DNA of 64,000 nucleotides from Takakia lepidozioides (Eukaryota; Plantae; Bryophyta): the NCBI GenBank assembly GCA_030704615.1, contig CM060733.1:21638001-21702000 (forward strand). Direction: 5' to 3'. A program made the translations under genes and the position numbers. The notes beneath the pieces are model-generated. The model was not told where the DNA came from. It saw only the letters and a program-made list of their open reading frames with translations, and made no database searches. This document shows, piece after piece, positions 37,601 through 51,166 of this stretch; within the stretch, counting starts at the first letter, position 1, and each line of letters opens with the position of its first letter.

Positions 37601-40600
37601 AAGACTGCCTTACCCTTCCTGGCACGCTCACGTGCAAAGAAAACCTCCTCTGGCTCCAGCTCTCTCCCATTCATATCAAGGCTTGTAGAAAATGCCTGAC
37701 CATCCAACACCTTAGGTACCCCTTCAAGCAACGGCGCACCACTTTTCTTCATGTTTTCATCTAAGGGCTCCCTGATAACTAACTGAGAAAGTCCTCCTCT
37801 CGCTGTGAGTTTTGATGGGCCAAAATCATCCAAACTTCGGCGAATTGCCTCCTGAAGCTCCATATCTTCTTCTGCCGGCAACAAGCCTGATCCCACTGGT
37901 TCTGTAACCAAAAACTCAGCACCTGTTACAGCCACTGCTCCACTCCCATCTTCCCACTCTACCTCACTCTCATCACTATTCCCTGTGTCACTGTCGTCAC
38001 TCAGTCCTGGGTTCTCTGTCCTGTATGCTCCGGGTTCTGCTACTCCAAGACAATTTTCATTGTTTAGCAAGCTCAACTGGATGGCTTCAGCCATTTCGAC
38101 ATCATAGTCACCTGGGCGTAGTACATTCCACCCAGCCTCATTACTAGCATGACTCTGTGATTCAGTAACTACTTTGTCACATGGTTCATCCCTAGCACTA
38201 CCATTGACTGGCTGACCCCCCAAACTTTTCATAGACTGTATTCCATCCATGTCTTTTATCCTAGCTTGCAAAATCTCAGTATTATCTTCTAGATCTGCCT
38301 CTACTATGACTCTAGAATCTGTGTCTTTCACCGCCCCTTCACCACTTGGAATTCTTTGGCCCCCAGAGCTTTTCCTATCCGACATTTTTTCTGCTCCCAT
38401 GGTCGTTGTTTCCCTCTCTCCTTCATCAATGGCCAGTTTCTTCCCAGAAGTTTGGCAGGTCACACCTCCACTGTGTTTCATGTCTGCCTCTGCTACTACT
38501 AGCCCGTTAAATAGCTCGCAATCCTCATCTCCATCCTGTGATAACCCCCCCTCATCAATGAAAGAGATTTGCAAATTCTGTGATGCACTTTCCTCTGGCA
38601 GTGCCATGGCCTTTGTTGCCCTGCTTACTGCCTCAACAGCCACTTCCTTCCCAAAACCTTGGCTGATTAAACCTCCACTGTGTTTACCGTCCCCCTCTCC
38701 GGCTATTAGTCCTTCAAACAGCTCTCCATACTCATCTACATCCAATGATAAGCCCCCCTCATCAATGAACGAGATTTGCAGACTCCCTGATGCACTTCCC
38801 CCTGGCAGAGCAATCTCACCATCTTGTCTTGCCAGTTCAAACCTTTCCCTACTGTTAGACACTAGTTCAGTCCTACTCCCCCCATCTTGCACATGGAGTC
38901 CCTGGAAAAGCCCTCCCTCTCCATCAGTCCCCAATCCTATATGCCCATCAATGCTGCGATCATGTGCCGCCCCTTCAACTGTAATGTTGCCAATTCCATT
39001 TGCTTTCACTACAGACTGTCGATTCACCACATCTTTCATGAGGTAAAGGTTCCACTGCAAGTCGCGAGTCATACGGACTCCCATTCCCCGTACTCTACTC
39101 ACCCGAGTGCGCCCCTTTTCATCCACATATGTCTGGACTGAACCATCCAGGTTCCGTTCCGCTTCCTCAGCTTGTGAATGAGATGTGATTCCCTCCATCC
39201 CAACAGCTGCAGAGGTTGGCCTTAGAGTTGCAGAAAACAAGCTTGAGGCTGGAGATCCAGGAGGTTGGGCCGTTGGTTCAGGAGCTTTGGGTGCAGTGAC
39301 TAACTGGGAAAAGTTGCTCACGTTCGCCCCATTCAATGCGCTGTGCAGGGTTCATCTTGTTGTCAGGAGACACAGAGAGAGAGAGCCCTTGGTTTGGCAC
39401 CAAGCTGCAAAGAGACACACTGCTGTGGACAGAAGTGACAGAGAAACCCAACATCTAATCAGAAACACCAAATAGAACACTGGGAAAAAGACATACGGTT
39501 TTTCTCCTTGATAGGAAGAAGAAAAAATGAACTCGCGATCAGTCTCTGAAGCAATCCGCGCTGTTGGCACTCCTCCTAAACCCCGTCCTGCTGCGGCTTT
39601 TTGGACATTATTAATCTCCCTACGGAATGCTACTGTCTTCAAGTACGCTTCAATTTGAAGCTGTGAAAAGGATGCTGGGGCCTGCACTCACACGACCCAC
39701 CAAATCCTTCCTTGTTAGATGAACAGTTCCAAAGACTACGTTGAAAAGAGACACATCTCCTCAGGCCACCTTCAGACAACCAACATTAAGGAAGGAAAAA
39801 CAAGCTAACTAATAATGGTCTGTCCGATTGATAGGGCTCACCCCGACAGGGGGCAGTAGACGTAAGGTGAAGCGGCTCTTAGTTAGGCCGGCTATGGCCG
39901 CAGTCTTCTCTCTGTGGGATAGCATGAGTTCAAGGCAGAGGTAAGATCAAGAACACGAGAGTCATATGCCTGACCTACAGTAAGTCTGTATCTTCTCAAA
40001 GTGACAGGGAGGATATGTTTCAGTTGGAAGTAAGGACAACCTTACCTTAGCAACCTTGTGAAACTTTTGTCGGTTCTCAGCCACTAGCTGCTCCCTCATC
40101 TGACCAGTGAGCCAAAAATACACATATCTATATGAAAGCCTGTAAACTCTGAATTCACATTAAGGAGTAACCAAAAACAATGAGAAAGACACATTCAAGA
40201 TTAAAAAGAACTTGTCAAAGATTAAAACAAAGGCACGCAGAAAACAACACATAGAGAACAGACCATCAAGAAAAGGACACACGGAAGAAGAACCAACATA
40301 AATGAGGAAGGAAATCAAAAGGTATCCCATGATCATTCACAACCTCACCTGGACCAAAAGATCGAGCTGCATGGAAGGAGGTAGAGATGCCAACACCGTC
40401 GGATCTAGCTGTCCCTGTGCTGCTGGCTGCATTCATATGACCATTTGTTTCACAAAATAGCTGAGCTTCAATCATCTTTACGGAAGATCTAAGAAAGACA
40501 CTGCTTTAAGTCAAGAAAAGAATAACAGTCTGTCAAAATGTGGATAATAGAACTGGAAGTCTTCAGACACTGAGAGAAAGAACCAACAGAGAGCAACAAG

Positions 40601-41413
40601 CAACCTTAAGCAATTCTGGGAACAACAGGCAATAGACCAGGCGATGTAAAATACAAAAACAATCCACCATGGTGAGAACAACAGTACAAACAGAGAGATG
40701 ACCATCAAGGCTCACCCTTCATGTTAGTGACCTCCAAGTTAAGTTTTCTCACATAGCCCAAGGCACTTAACAATGCTTGCAGCCATACATATATGATAAA
40801 TCAATAAAAAGATGAAGATACATGGACAGGGGTGTCACCTACCAGCACAAGAAGCTCCTCCTCATCTTCATCATCATCCACACTGGTGGCAGTAACTTGT
40901 TCTTTTTCCACCAAGTGGGCCTCATCCATCTCTTCATCCGACTGTGACTGCGTGGTTGGTGAGGCTGTTACCCTGTCCATAAAACACATACCCAACAAGC
41001 AACAGAAACATATGACATGAACGAGAAGTGAAAGAACGCCAACATGCAACAGGAATACACCTTAGTGAAGAAATATGCTTAGAATGCAACGACTGTATGA
41101 CCATACCACTCCTCCCAGGCGCAGCATCTATGGGCGATAAGTACCCTTTTGAGCAAAAAATAATGTACATATGAGAACACCAGTATACCTATCACCCAGA
41201 AGGGCGCCAGCTATGATGCATACAAAGTGAGATCCTCAGGTCTTGTGCTTGGTGATGCAGGTTTATTGTTAGCTAATGCATATAAGGCACTCCAGAACTG
41301 TTCCACCACAGCTAGTTCAACCATGCAGGGCCAGTTGCCAGTCCGCAGTGGACTGTGATAAGAGGTGCTATCGTTGGCCTGGCCAGAATGGGGGGGACAG
41401 AAACATGGAGAAC

Positions 41414-41445
<32 letters not shown>

Positions 41446-42656
41446 CCGAGTAAACTGAGTGGTACTCCATTAATATAAACACTTACAATGCATCAGCTGA
41501 ATCTGCGATCACAACATGGGACCTAGTGCTAGCATCAGGTTCCACGGCATTTTCCATAGAAGTTGATGCCTCCCTGTGTTGCTCCTTTCTGTCAGGCACA
41601 GGCTCAACTTGCCCTGCCTTCTTTTGCCTGCCAGGCGGCTGCTTTTGTGGGTGAAGTGATCCAACATCAAAAGCAATCTCTTCCAATTTCCGGGTCCGAA
41701 ACTGAGCAGCCCACATGTTCTGTTAGTCTCTTGTAACTGCACCAAATACAAGGTAACTATCAGTTTCAGTAGCCCCCTTCAATGTGGTTGGGGTGCATTA
41801 CCACCTGACAAGGCTAAAGTAGCTTGGATCTTCTTTACAATCTCATATATCCAGTTGATTACATTTGCTGGGGATGCCAAGATGTCTACCTACTAAAACC
41901 CTAAACCCATTCCCCTGGACTGAAGAACCACTGAACAAAAGAAACTGTCTCACCTTCCAAAATTCAAACAACTCACAAGCAGACATGGGACAACATGGGA
42001 CAAGTTATGCAGCAGGAGCCTGCAATCAAGTAAGGGAAGCTCCACGCTCACTTGGTTAAGAAGCAGCTTCTCGGCGATCTTCCTAATTTTGGATTGGGCC
42101 TGCTCCCTCTGCCGGCGTCGTGCTATAACCGTGTTTCGCTTCAGCGCCGGTGTACCCCCATCAAACACAAATACAGGCTTTACTCGCAGAAACAGCAGCT
42201 TGCAAATTCGTCTGAAAAATCCCAACAAGTGAGCGTTCCGAACCATGTCGCCCCGGTCGTCGCGCATGGCCTTCATGAATTGGACGATCCATATGCTTGC
42301 ATCTGTTGAAGGAAGAGATTAAACAATATACACATCCTTCACGAATCCCATCCTGACTCTGTATGTCTGTCAAGTAGGTAAGAGATAACTTGAAAAGCAG
42401 CAGAGGAAGTGGAATGGTTGCTACCGAGGAATCCAACCAACTCTAGTTAAACCTCCTAGCCCGATTTGAGGCGACTCTACTTCTGCACCAGAAATCCAAG
42501 ATAGACCTCGCAAAGCCTCTGCACTGAATAAACACAGAAAACGGGAGGAGCAGGATGAGAAGACATACCAATAGCAAGTTTGCGGCTCCCAAGAGATTCC
42601 ACTGACACACGCCGGCCAACAGGAGCAAGAAGTTCCCACAACCCCTGTACTCCCAT
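31608..42656 (-). CDS. UVH3: XPG/RAD2 nucleotide-excision-repair endonuclease UVH3
   Basis: XPG-N ([29 protein letters not shown]; exons 42656-42569, 42302-42052). UBM-like [14 protein letters not shown] (40426-40349). 2.7-kb spacer exon 39340-~36646. XPG-I ([22 protein letters not shown] 35725-35531; LLGSDYTEG 35257-35172). PIP-like QLRLEAFY (33316). Last exon 32582-31608. Exons between 41487 and ~40973 are not resolved. Confidence 0.94.
34114..34138 (-). mobile_element. ~25-nt 3'-terminal stub of the LINE family in a 235-bp UVH3 intron
   Basis: TGTACTCATAAGACATTGCTTGCC versus LINE TGTACTCATAAGACGTTGTTTGCC. Flanked by CCATAAAACCAAATCCAAAAGA (34092-34113) and CCATAAAACCAACTCCAAAGA (34137-34157). 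Confidence 0.8.
41414..41445. repeat. (GA)n microsatellite in a UVH3 intron
   Basis: Direct reading. Confidence 0.8.
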
Positions 42657-44035
42657 GTTTCTTCTCTACACTTCTTTGCTAATCAAACACCGAGCATATA
42701 ATCTGATGAATCTGAGCAGACAGGAACGCACTCCCTCAAGCCTTCGCTCTCACACTCTCTCTTCTCTCTTCTCTTTCTCTCAATTGTTGGAATGCCAATT
42801 AGCGCCCTCCACCAGGCCACGTGGACTGGCTGGCTAAACCAACAGCGGGTCGATCGAATGGCAAAACAGGGTCTTCCTCAATCCCCCGATGAGTCTTGAA
42901 GAAGCCAAGCACCTCGATGCAGGAAAGCTTCAACAATCCTGCGTTACACTGAGATTCACTTGTTCTCTTTCAGCAATTCTACTTCGTGTCTCCCAACTGT
43001 GGGGCTACGGCAGGTGTCGGACAACTGCCTGTGCTCACTGGGGTTTTGCTTCGTGGGTTTTGCTTCAAAGATTCGTAGATTCAAAGATTCCCAACCCTCG
43101 ACGGGCAAATAGAGAGCCAGCAGATGAGGTCAATCACTGTCTTCCGGGACAGGTACTTACTGCCAACTCAACAACATAGCATTGCTTCTGTATTCAATGT
43201 ATACTTATGTATGACGCCAGCCATAGCTAGCGTAACTAAGAGCTCTCTCTCTATTCAAAACTCTGATGCTTGGCCCACATATGAAAATGTTGAAATATAA
43301 GGAGAACTTGGTCCCCTTCAGGCGTAGATGGAGTGTGGAAGTAAGCCAGTAAAACATGTAACTAAGCAATCTTATGCTTACGTTGGAGTCTCAGTGATCA
43401 GGATTCCTTTCGATCCTTTGCTCATGATTTCTTTATATCAATTAGGGAACACAACATTTTGTACTCACACATACAAATACCTAGAATACTTCTTGGTGCT
43501 GACCAATTATGTAGAGAATTCCAAAAGTAGTTAGCAGGCCAATTGCTTCTTTTGGAACCGACTACCAAGTGAATTGGTGCTGGTGGGTAAACAGAAAGCA
43601 ACTCATCAGCAGCAGATGTGGAGTTTGGTTCCAGCAAAGGCCCTCCATGCACCACTCAGGCCATAATACACTTATTTGGATGTGTGCAACTTCAATAGAG
43701 ACTACAAGTGATAACCTGTGCATGGGCTTCCTTGTACTCCTTCCATGTCCACATTCATGCACTGAATCTTGAAGACAACATTGCTTTAACTTCATGTAAG
43801 CCCAGCCAAACCTCAGCTTAGTTTCCTTGTATTGGAGGTCAGGCGTATGGTGTATACAAAACTAGATCTTTACAATAACTTGCGGTTTACATTTTGTCAA
43901 ATAAATCTTTTTAACAAGGAGATTTCCTAGTTGCTGCAACATATCAACTGAGGCATATTCAGTGATCTTGTGTTAAGACCTGGCATCTGTGCAGTCAGTC
44001 AATTGCCAGCCCGGAAATGGTGGGCAAACCACAAA

Positions 44036-47000
44036 TCAAAGGAGGCCATGCTGGCGTAATGTCTTTCTTGTAAGAGTTTCATCGACCAGTCTGAACGTCT
44101 TTTTAACAAGCTGCTCATCCAGGGCTGTCGTTTTGTAGATTTGGAACACCCTGTCCACTTGATTTGGAGGTGTATTTGCCTTATATAGATCCTCAAACTT
44201 CTTCTTCACATACCTGAAGCACATCATGCACCACATGTATCATGTTTGCTTATGAGGCTACCGCCCCAATCATACATAGCTGCGTCTAGCAGTGTGATGG
44301 AGCCCGATTCTTCTTTGGGAAACCCCATCTGCACCTGGGTGGACCATGTAGCTTGACATTCTCTACTGATTGATTTGATCCATAACCACCTACACTGTCT
44401 CTTACCATGGCACAATCCCAATAGGATATCTACAATCTTTTTCATAACCAGACATACAGGGCTAAGCCAATGTCCGGAGTATGAAACCAAAGCAGTTGGC
44501 CTTCTCAATTGGAGAATCAAAAGATCGTTGATTGAATTGACCTTCACCCATTCCCAAGCAGATTTCTTGGACTATCAAGAATGAAAGCTATCAGAAAAGG
44601 ACGCCAACAGCCCAAGCACCTCAGTTCAGTTAAGTGTTTGAAAGAAGTTATTCAAAAGTTTAGTGGAAGGGCTCACGTACTCATATGCATTCTCGACTTC
44701 TGCTGGCCCTGTGGTTAAATTCCTGTAGTCACTGAACCACTCACAGGTGTTCAGCGGTACCTGCATCCCTAACACCCTTCGTCAACACATGATCTACAAG
44801 CAGTTCCAACATAGGTGCCAGTCCTGGAATGAGCCTTTGGCAACAGTTGGGCCCCCTCTCCATTCCCCTGCCCTCCATTTCCCATTTCCTGCCCTGCCTA
44901 GACATGGTAAAGGGTCTATGCCTTTATAGCCCCAAAGTCACATGGAAAGTTTGCTGAGTACTCCCTGTCTCCACCTACCCACATCCACAAAGATACGTCT
45001 GCATCCTTGGCATTCCAACAACCCAGACATATTCTCAGGCAATTCCAGACCCACCCAACCAGGAACTGCAAGTCCACATTCTGATTTAACAGCTGCTGGA
45101 ATTTACAGAGTGCACATCCAGATATCAACACAAGCATACCTTCGGTATCTTTTGTTCGAATATGTCGAACTTGTTCAAGAAAAGTAAAAAAGATGTGCTC
45201 TGCACATAAATTGGAAACGTATGATGTTAATAGTAGTGCTAGACTTGAGCAGAGAGACAGGTGCCCATCTGAGGCTATTTCGGCCAGAAAATTAGAGGCT
45301 CAGACTGCCTTTTAATGAGACGGTAACAAGCCTTTTACTGAAAGAGCAAGATCTAGCTGTGTTTCTCATAAGGTTGATAACTACGGTGATTTTCTTTGAC
45401 CTCACAATCACCTAGTCAACCTTACACCAATAAAATCTCAGTTAAATAAGCAAAATATGAATGACTCCCAGTTTGATGATGGACCACCCACAATACAGAG
45501 AGTACATGCTAGAATACAACGAAAAAAAATCCTCGATCCTTGAGGACATGCCAAATATTGTAGATATAGCAAAATATCTCTCCTCTCCACCTCTGCCCCA
45601 AAGTGCGCACTGCAATGGATTGGACAGAAACAAGACCTCAAACCATGGCTCCTTCAGCACCCACTCGAAGAGCTCCTTAGTCTCCATCATTCGATTCTTG
45701 GTCTCATCCTCATACAGCGTCTGATCGTATCTGTCCCCAGCATATGCCTCTTCATGTCACTATCACTGTGTTTTAGGATAAGTGGCAGCGGCATGTATGG
45801 ATATGGCGCTGGAGTGCAATCTGGTATGCCAAGGCTTATATTTTGCCACACATTAAATACAACCAAGATTGTAACCAGCCATGCACAACAGCAATGACAA
45901 TTTGGGGATAACATCAAACCCATGATGGGCATGGGAAGAAAGACGACGCCCTGAAGAGTGAGTCATAGCCGGCTGCATCATTACCACTGCAAATGCTTGT
46001 TGAATAATAATTCAGGAGTGAACATGAGACTTACTCACTCAGAGCAGCGCAGAAAATGACAGCAGTCACCCCATCAAAAAGATGAATCCACTTTCTCCGC
46101 TCATTTCGCTGACCTCCCACATCAAAGAGCCTGTACACATCATCACCCTTCTTCTTTTGCTCCCCAATTGGACTGGACATACCATACACCAAGCCAGCGT
46201 TATATTAGGAACTTTTACAATGCTGAAAAACATCAGTACAAAGGCATTGGGCTAAACTAGTGTCTGACTGATAAATGAATATTTCTAGCTATCCATTTCT
46301 CAGGTTCATTAAGAGGCTGCATCCCTAGCAGCGCCATGGCCCTAAGGCATCCAGTCACTAGAGGCCCTCCTGAAAGACTGATGCACACAACAGGGAGGTC
46401 CTGTAAAGTACTTCCACTCTTCATCAACCTTCGATCCTTGGGGTCCATGCACTTCAGCACAAGACGATTGGCAAATGCAATCACCAAATATCTCCTGTGA
46501 GATTTCAAAGGTGGTTGTGCTAACTTGTTAATTATAAATTTGCAGAGGTTTGAGCTGTGATCTCCAGTGCAATGCCCTATCGATTGACCTACCTAGACAC
46601 AAAGGGCTACATATGAATACCTGAATTCCGTTTCCACTATCCCAGTTGTTCGCACGCGGGCGTACAAAACATCCTCCTGCAATTACAACAATTTTTTGTG
46701 AGCTCTTTTCCTGTAAGTGTGTAAGTCTGTTGTAGAACTTTCATATATGCCACTGCTTATCAAGAACTTAATAAGAGCAAGAATACATTTAAGTTGGACC
46801 CTGGATTGCATCGATGAGAATAAAGAACTAGGTCCCTCAACACATTACTGCATCTACCTTCAAAGCACACACTATAGCACTAGAAAGCAATCTGACATGC
46901 CCTCGCAAGGCAGAAAAATGAAAATGCTTTTCTACAAGTCATTTATCAACCTGCAACATTAAGAAGAGAAAACCATAATAGAGTATTCACAAAGAGTGCA

Positions 47001-50000
47001 GCCCAGTGACATTTTCTTGAAGCTACTCTGGTACAAGAGCATGAGTGTTGCCACCCAATCTGCCATGGTGAGTATCCTTGAAGCCTGAAGGGTATGGATC
47101 TCTTATGGTCAGCAGTATTAAACTTGTCCGCTTAAGCCTAGCTGTTCTTGAGGACAAAGTAAAGAGCTTTCTTTGAAGGAGGCCTCTAACCTGGGTGGGC
47201 ATGTAGTCAGGTAGAGCGAGGCGATGCACATCCTTCAGAAAATAAGTCGTGCAATCTGGCAGCTGAAGCTCATTGGATCTCAAAAAAGCGGCCTGTGCAT
47301 GGAATTCCATTTGTTTAGAACACACAACAAAGTACTCAGACAGCTTCATGCTACTTGCAAAACCATTAAAAATACCTGGATGGCAGGGTCCTTCCACAAG
47401 GTTTCGATATGTTGGGCAAGTTCCTGTGTCAATGGTGGCTGCTCAACCCTGTTTCCTATCTCTGACAACTCCTCCCCCAGTGCCTGCAATTGGAATTGTG
47501 TCAAACGGGGTAAGCAAGGATGACACCCCTGGATTGAGCAAGACCTGTAGAAACTCCTTGACTTCTTAAAGCCACTCTCTGGGTACTTTCTACAAAGCCC
47601 TCAAGACAACAGTGTAGGTCAGTGCCCAAATCAGTGGGCTATATTTAAAAGGTAACAAGCACGAGAGAAAGTACAGATCCTTCAATTTCCTGATGAATTG
47701 AGTTATGAAATACAGGAAGTAACTTCAGACAATAGAGAGGGCGGTAAATGGAATATACTACGCACCTTATGTTCGGGTAATAAGGTATACTTGTCTGGAT
47801 CCTCTTCAGAGAATTCTCTTGCACCAATCAACAAAATCTGCAAACCCACTACGATTCTCATCAATGAGCCTGGACATCAAATGTGTTTGAGAAAAAGGCT
47901 TCTCTTCAATGAAAGAACTTAATTCACATCGGCAACCCGGAGTAATTGCACATGTTATCAGAAACAACTTTGGCGTGCACAAGTTCCTACGGTAAACCAG
48001 AAAACCTGGTTTCAGAAGGACTGGTGCAGCAGTGACAGTTCAAAACAATGGGTTCACACGCTAGCTAACCTGTCTCAAGACATATAAAGCTGATTTAAGA
48101 AGAACACTGACCCAAAGTTGCTCATTTGTAGATCAGCCTGCCTAATAATTCCATGGGCAGGAACAACATGACGCTGATGTCGTTAAACCAGCTCCTTTGC
48201 CTTTGCGCAGGTACTGTTTAGCATCCAGCTTATTACTATTATACTGCTGTTCCTCTTAATTGATGAAAATATCTAAGGATGACCTGCACTTCAAATAAGC
48301 AGAACAAGAATTGTTTTGAGACTTCAAGCTAATAGGGGGATCTATCAGACTTGTACTTGTACAGTCACTATCGAAGTCTCTATCGAAGGGTCTTACATTG
48401 ATAGATTGGTAGACGTTGGCATGGATAACTGATGTATAGTTCTTCTTCTCGCCATCATCAAAGCCCGTCTGAAACAAAACTTTAATCTGGTTGATCCAAT
48501 ACCATTGCACAAGATGTTAGAATCTTAGCTCAAATCATAAGCTAAGATAGAACTCAAAACCAAAAATGACCAAAAATGACCTGATACCTGCCAAGGCCAA
48601 CAACGACTTGCAATTGGTAACTTTTATACAAAGCACTGTAGAAAAAGATGGCGGCTAGCAATATTCCTCTTAGAAACCAGCCATAACGACACTGGTTGGG
48701 CCTTAGGAATCAAAATCTGGGGCTAGCCCAGGCTACGTTGCATTTCCCTACTTAGTGCATAGGGAGTTAGAAATGCTGGTAATGTACCATAAGGCAGAGC
48801 CAAAGAAGAACACTACTAAGACACTGGAGGATAAACAGAGAGATAGTTCATGGCTAAATGGTTCTCCAAAGCTTGCTTGGTTACAAGCATGTGGTTCCTC
48901 GTGGCCACTATTCAACTAACATTCAACTCTTCTGTTGCTGCTTTACATCAAGTCTTACAGTTCAACAATCAGGTGTCAAATGTCCAGCTCATGTCAAACA
49001 CAAACTATAGCTTTAATAGAGAAGGATAGCTGCCAATTTGCTTAGAAACCTGTGAAATCCAGCATATGAGTGAAAGGAATGCATAAATCATGCCTTGGAG
49101 ATGGCAAAGACACAGTTGAATCCCACCTGCTTAAAAATAGTTGATTTTCCGGATTCTCCCGCACCTGAATCCACACTCCATAGAAAGAAGAGTGAACGTC
49201 TACCTCACTGGTCTTTCTCAATATAACTTACTGAGCTATGGCGTGCAGACAGCAACAAGCTGCAAGTGTGGATGAAATCAATGGTGGGACACTGCTCATG
49301 CCAGCACAAATTCCCCCCAAACTCAGACAGCAACATGAGTGGCAGTGGGAGGGCTGTAGGGTGCAAATAAGTTTAAGAGATTGTACTCATAAGACGTTGT
49401 TTGCCGTAGCCTTGCGGTCATTGACCCCGCGCCCAGTTTGAGCGGGAACAAAAGGGACAGAACCTACCTCTGTCAGGGGCTGACGTTGGTAGTAAGACTT
49501 ACCTCCATATAAAGAATTAATCCGGGTTTTCCAGATATCCTCTAGAAATCTCTTCACACAAGCATCAATCTGCTGTGTGTGATTTGCCCAAAACCTAGGC
49601 CTCAGGAGGGCCTGGGCTTTTGGTTCAGCCTTGAGACTTTCAAAGTTGGTAAACAGGGGTACAGGCACAGATTTGAAGAGAGCGTCTCTTTGGTGAGAGA
49701 ACCCCGGACAGTGTATCAGAAAATGAATACTGTCTTCAGATTGTCCACACAACGGGCAATTGCACTCTCCCTTTCCTCTCTGCTTCTGTTTGCTGTTCAA
49801 AGGTAGGCTTCCTGCCCTGAGTTTAAATTTCAGTCTAGTGCCGAGAGTGGGTAGACCCTTGAGGTCATCCAAGATGTCCTCCCCCATGTCACAGACTGGA
49901 AACAAGTTCAGGGAAGTTTTCTGCCTAACTTCATTTTCATCAGACAATCTCATGGCAACAGACATGGCTGAGGACACTACAGCCTCTAAGTCAGATTTAT

Positions 50001-51166
50001 CCAGCAGGGTCAAGACTTGCGGATCCAGATCCAGGTCCTTGAGGATCTCTTCTACTCTCTTCTGCCAGGACTTAGCCTGTTTGACAGGGCAGTCCTGTTT
50101 CCAAGATATAGAGTCGATTAATTTAGGATATCTGGTGTTGGGCATATGTTGCAGCTGACCCCACCATCTGACCTTGAATTCATCTCGTCGGGAGCTTAAG
50201 GATGGAATGCCAAACTCACCCCGAACAGCCACATTGGCTGTTTTGGAGCATGCTGACATACACTCCTTAAGCACCCCCACTTGAATGGATTCTAGAGACT
50301 TAGCCTGGTTGGAGTTATCAACCCATATAGCAGATCCGTACTCCAAGGCAGGTCTAATAACGCGACAAAGCATGATTTTCTTAACCTCAGAGTTGACCCC
50401 TCTGCAGTGGAAAAATTTAGTGAGCCCCAGAGCTTTGCCCTTGCCAGTTTGAACAACTTTCCGGATATGTGCATCCCAATTACAATTGGAGGAGAACTCA
50501 ACGCCCAGGTAAGTGTAGGAAGGGAGGACCGGGATCTCTTGGCTACCCCACTGCCACTTAAGATCACTTCCTCCCTCTCCTCTGTCGTTGAATGCAAATA
50601 AGTTTAAGAGAGAGCAAGAACAATGAGAAAGACCAACTCACCAAGAAGTAGAAGCTTTTGCACTTTCCTTTCAGCCTTGCTCTCTTGAGCTATCCTCTTC
50701 TCAATATCCAATGTCTGCAAATAGAAAGAACCCACATATAAGTATGCCCGTCAGAAAGTTACAATTTTATTACAAAGTGTAACTTAAGAACTGGAGGCTT
50801 GAGCAAAGCATTCTGCATCTGAAACAAAGACTTAATTGCCCAGCCAACTGAATTGAACTACTTTCTCCTGTTGTCAGGACAAGTTTTTTCGAGCTATGCC
50901 ATAACTTTGAGCGGCGCATGGCTTGCTAGTAACACATTGGAGTATGGGCCAAATGCAAATCAGCCTGTCTTGTATCTAATAAAATGCCAATGAGGCAACA
51001 TACAAGGACATGAGCATAGAGGATAAAATCCACCCACAGCAAACAGCACAAGGGGTGGAGTAAGAAAGGTGCAAATTACGGGGGCTGCACTCTGCTCTAG
51101 AACCTGTGCTTTGTCTGCAGCCTCCGCATGTCCCATCTGCTGGTCCTTAGCAAATATGCAGCCCAT
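44036..51166 (-). CDS. GPA1: Canonical heterotrimeric G-protein alpha subunit
   Basis: 13 exons: 51166-51104, 50714-50642, 49164-49127, 48486-48397, 47837-47766, 47483-47376, 47292-47191, 46676-46621, 46172-46035, 45730-45637, 45199-45140, 44760-44681, 44213-44036. Motifs [43 protein letters not shown]. Confidence 0.96.
49381..50595 (-). mobile_element. 5'-truncated 1.2-kb copy of the same LINE in GPA1 intron 2
   Basis: Colinear with 4739-~5965, differing by about 12 aa substitutions and a 12-bp deletion over the 328-aa ORF. TSD (TGC)AAATAAGTTTAAGAGA at 49362-49380 and 50593-50611. Confidence 0.95.

Noticed and set aside
38249-39046. 265-aa + strand ORF and other long antisense ORFs (e.g. 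3899-4345, 10937-11596, 58815-59558, 22285-22812)
   Set aside because: They are shadows of real coding or pseudogene sequence on the opposite strand and show no recognisable motifs.
41895-41909. Telomere-like AACCCTAAACCC (similar at ~15045)
   Set aside because: Fewer than two full units, so not an interstitial telomere array.
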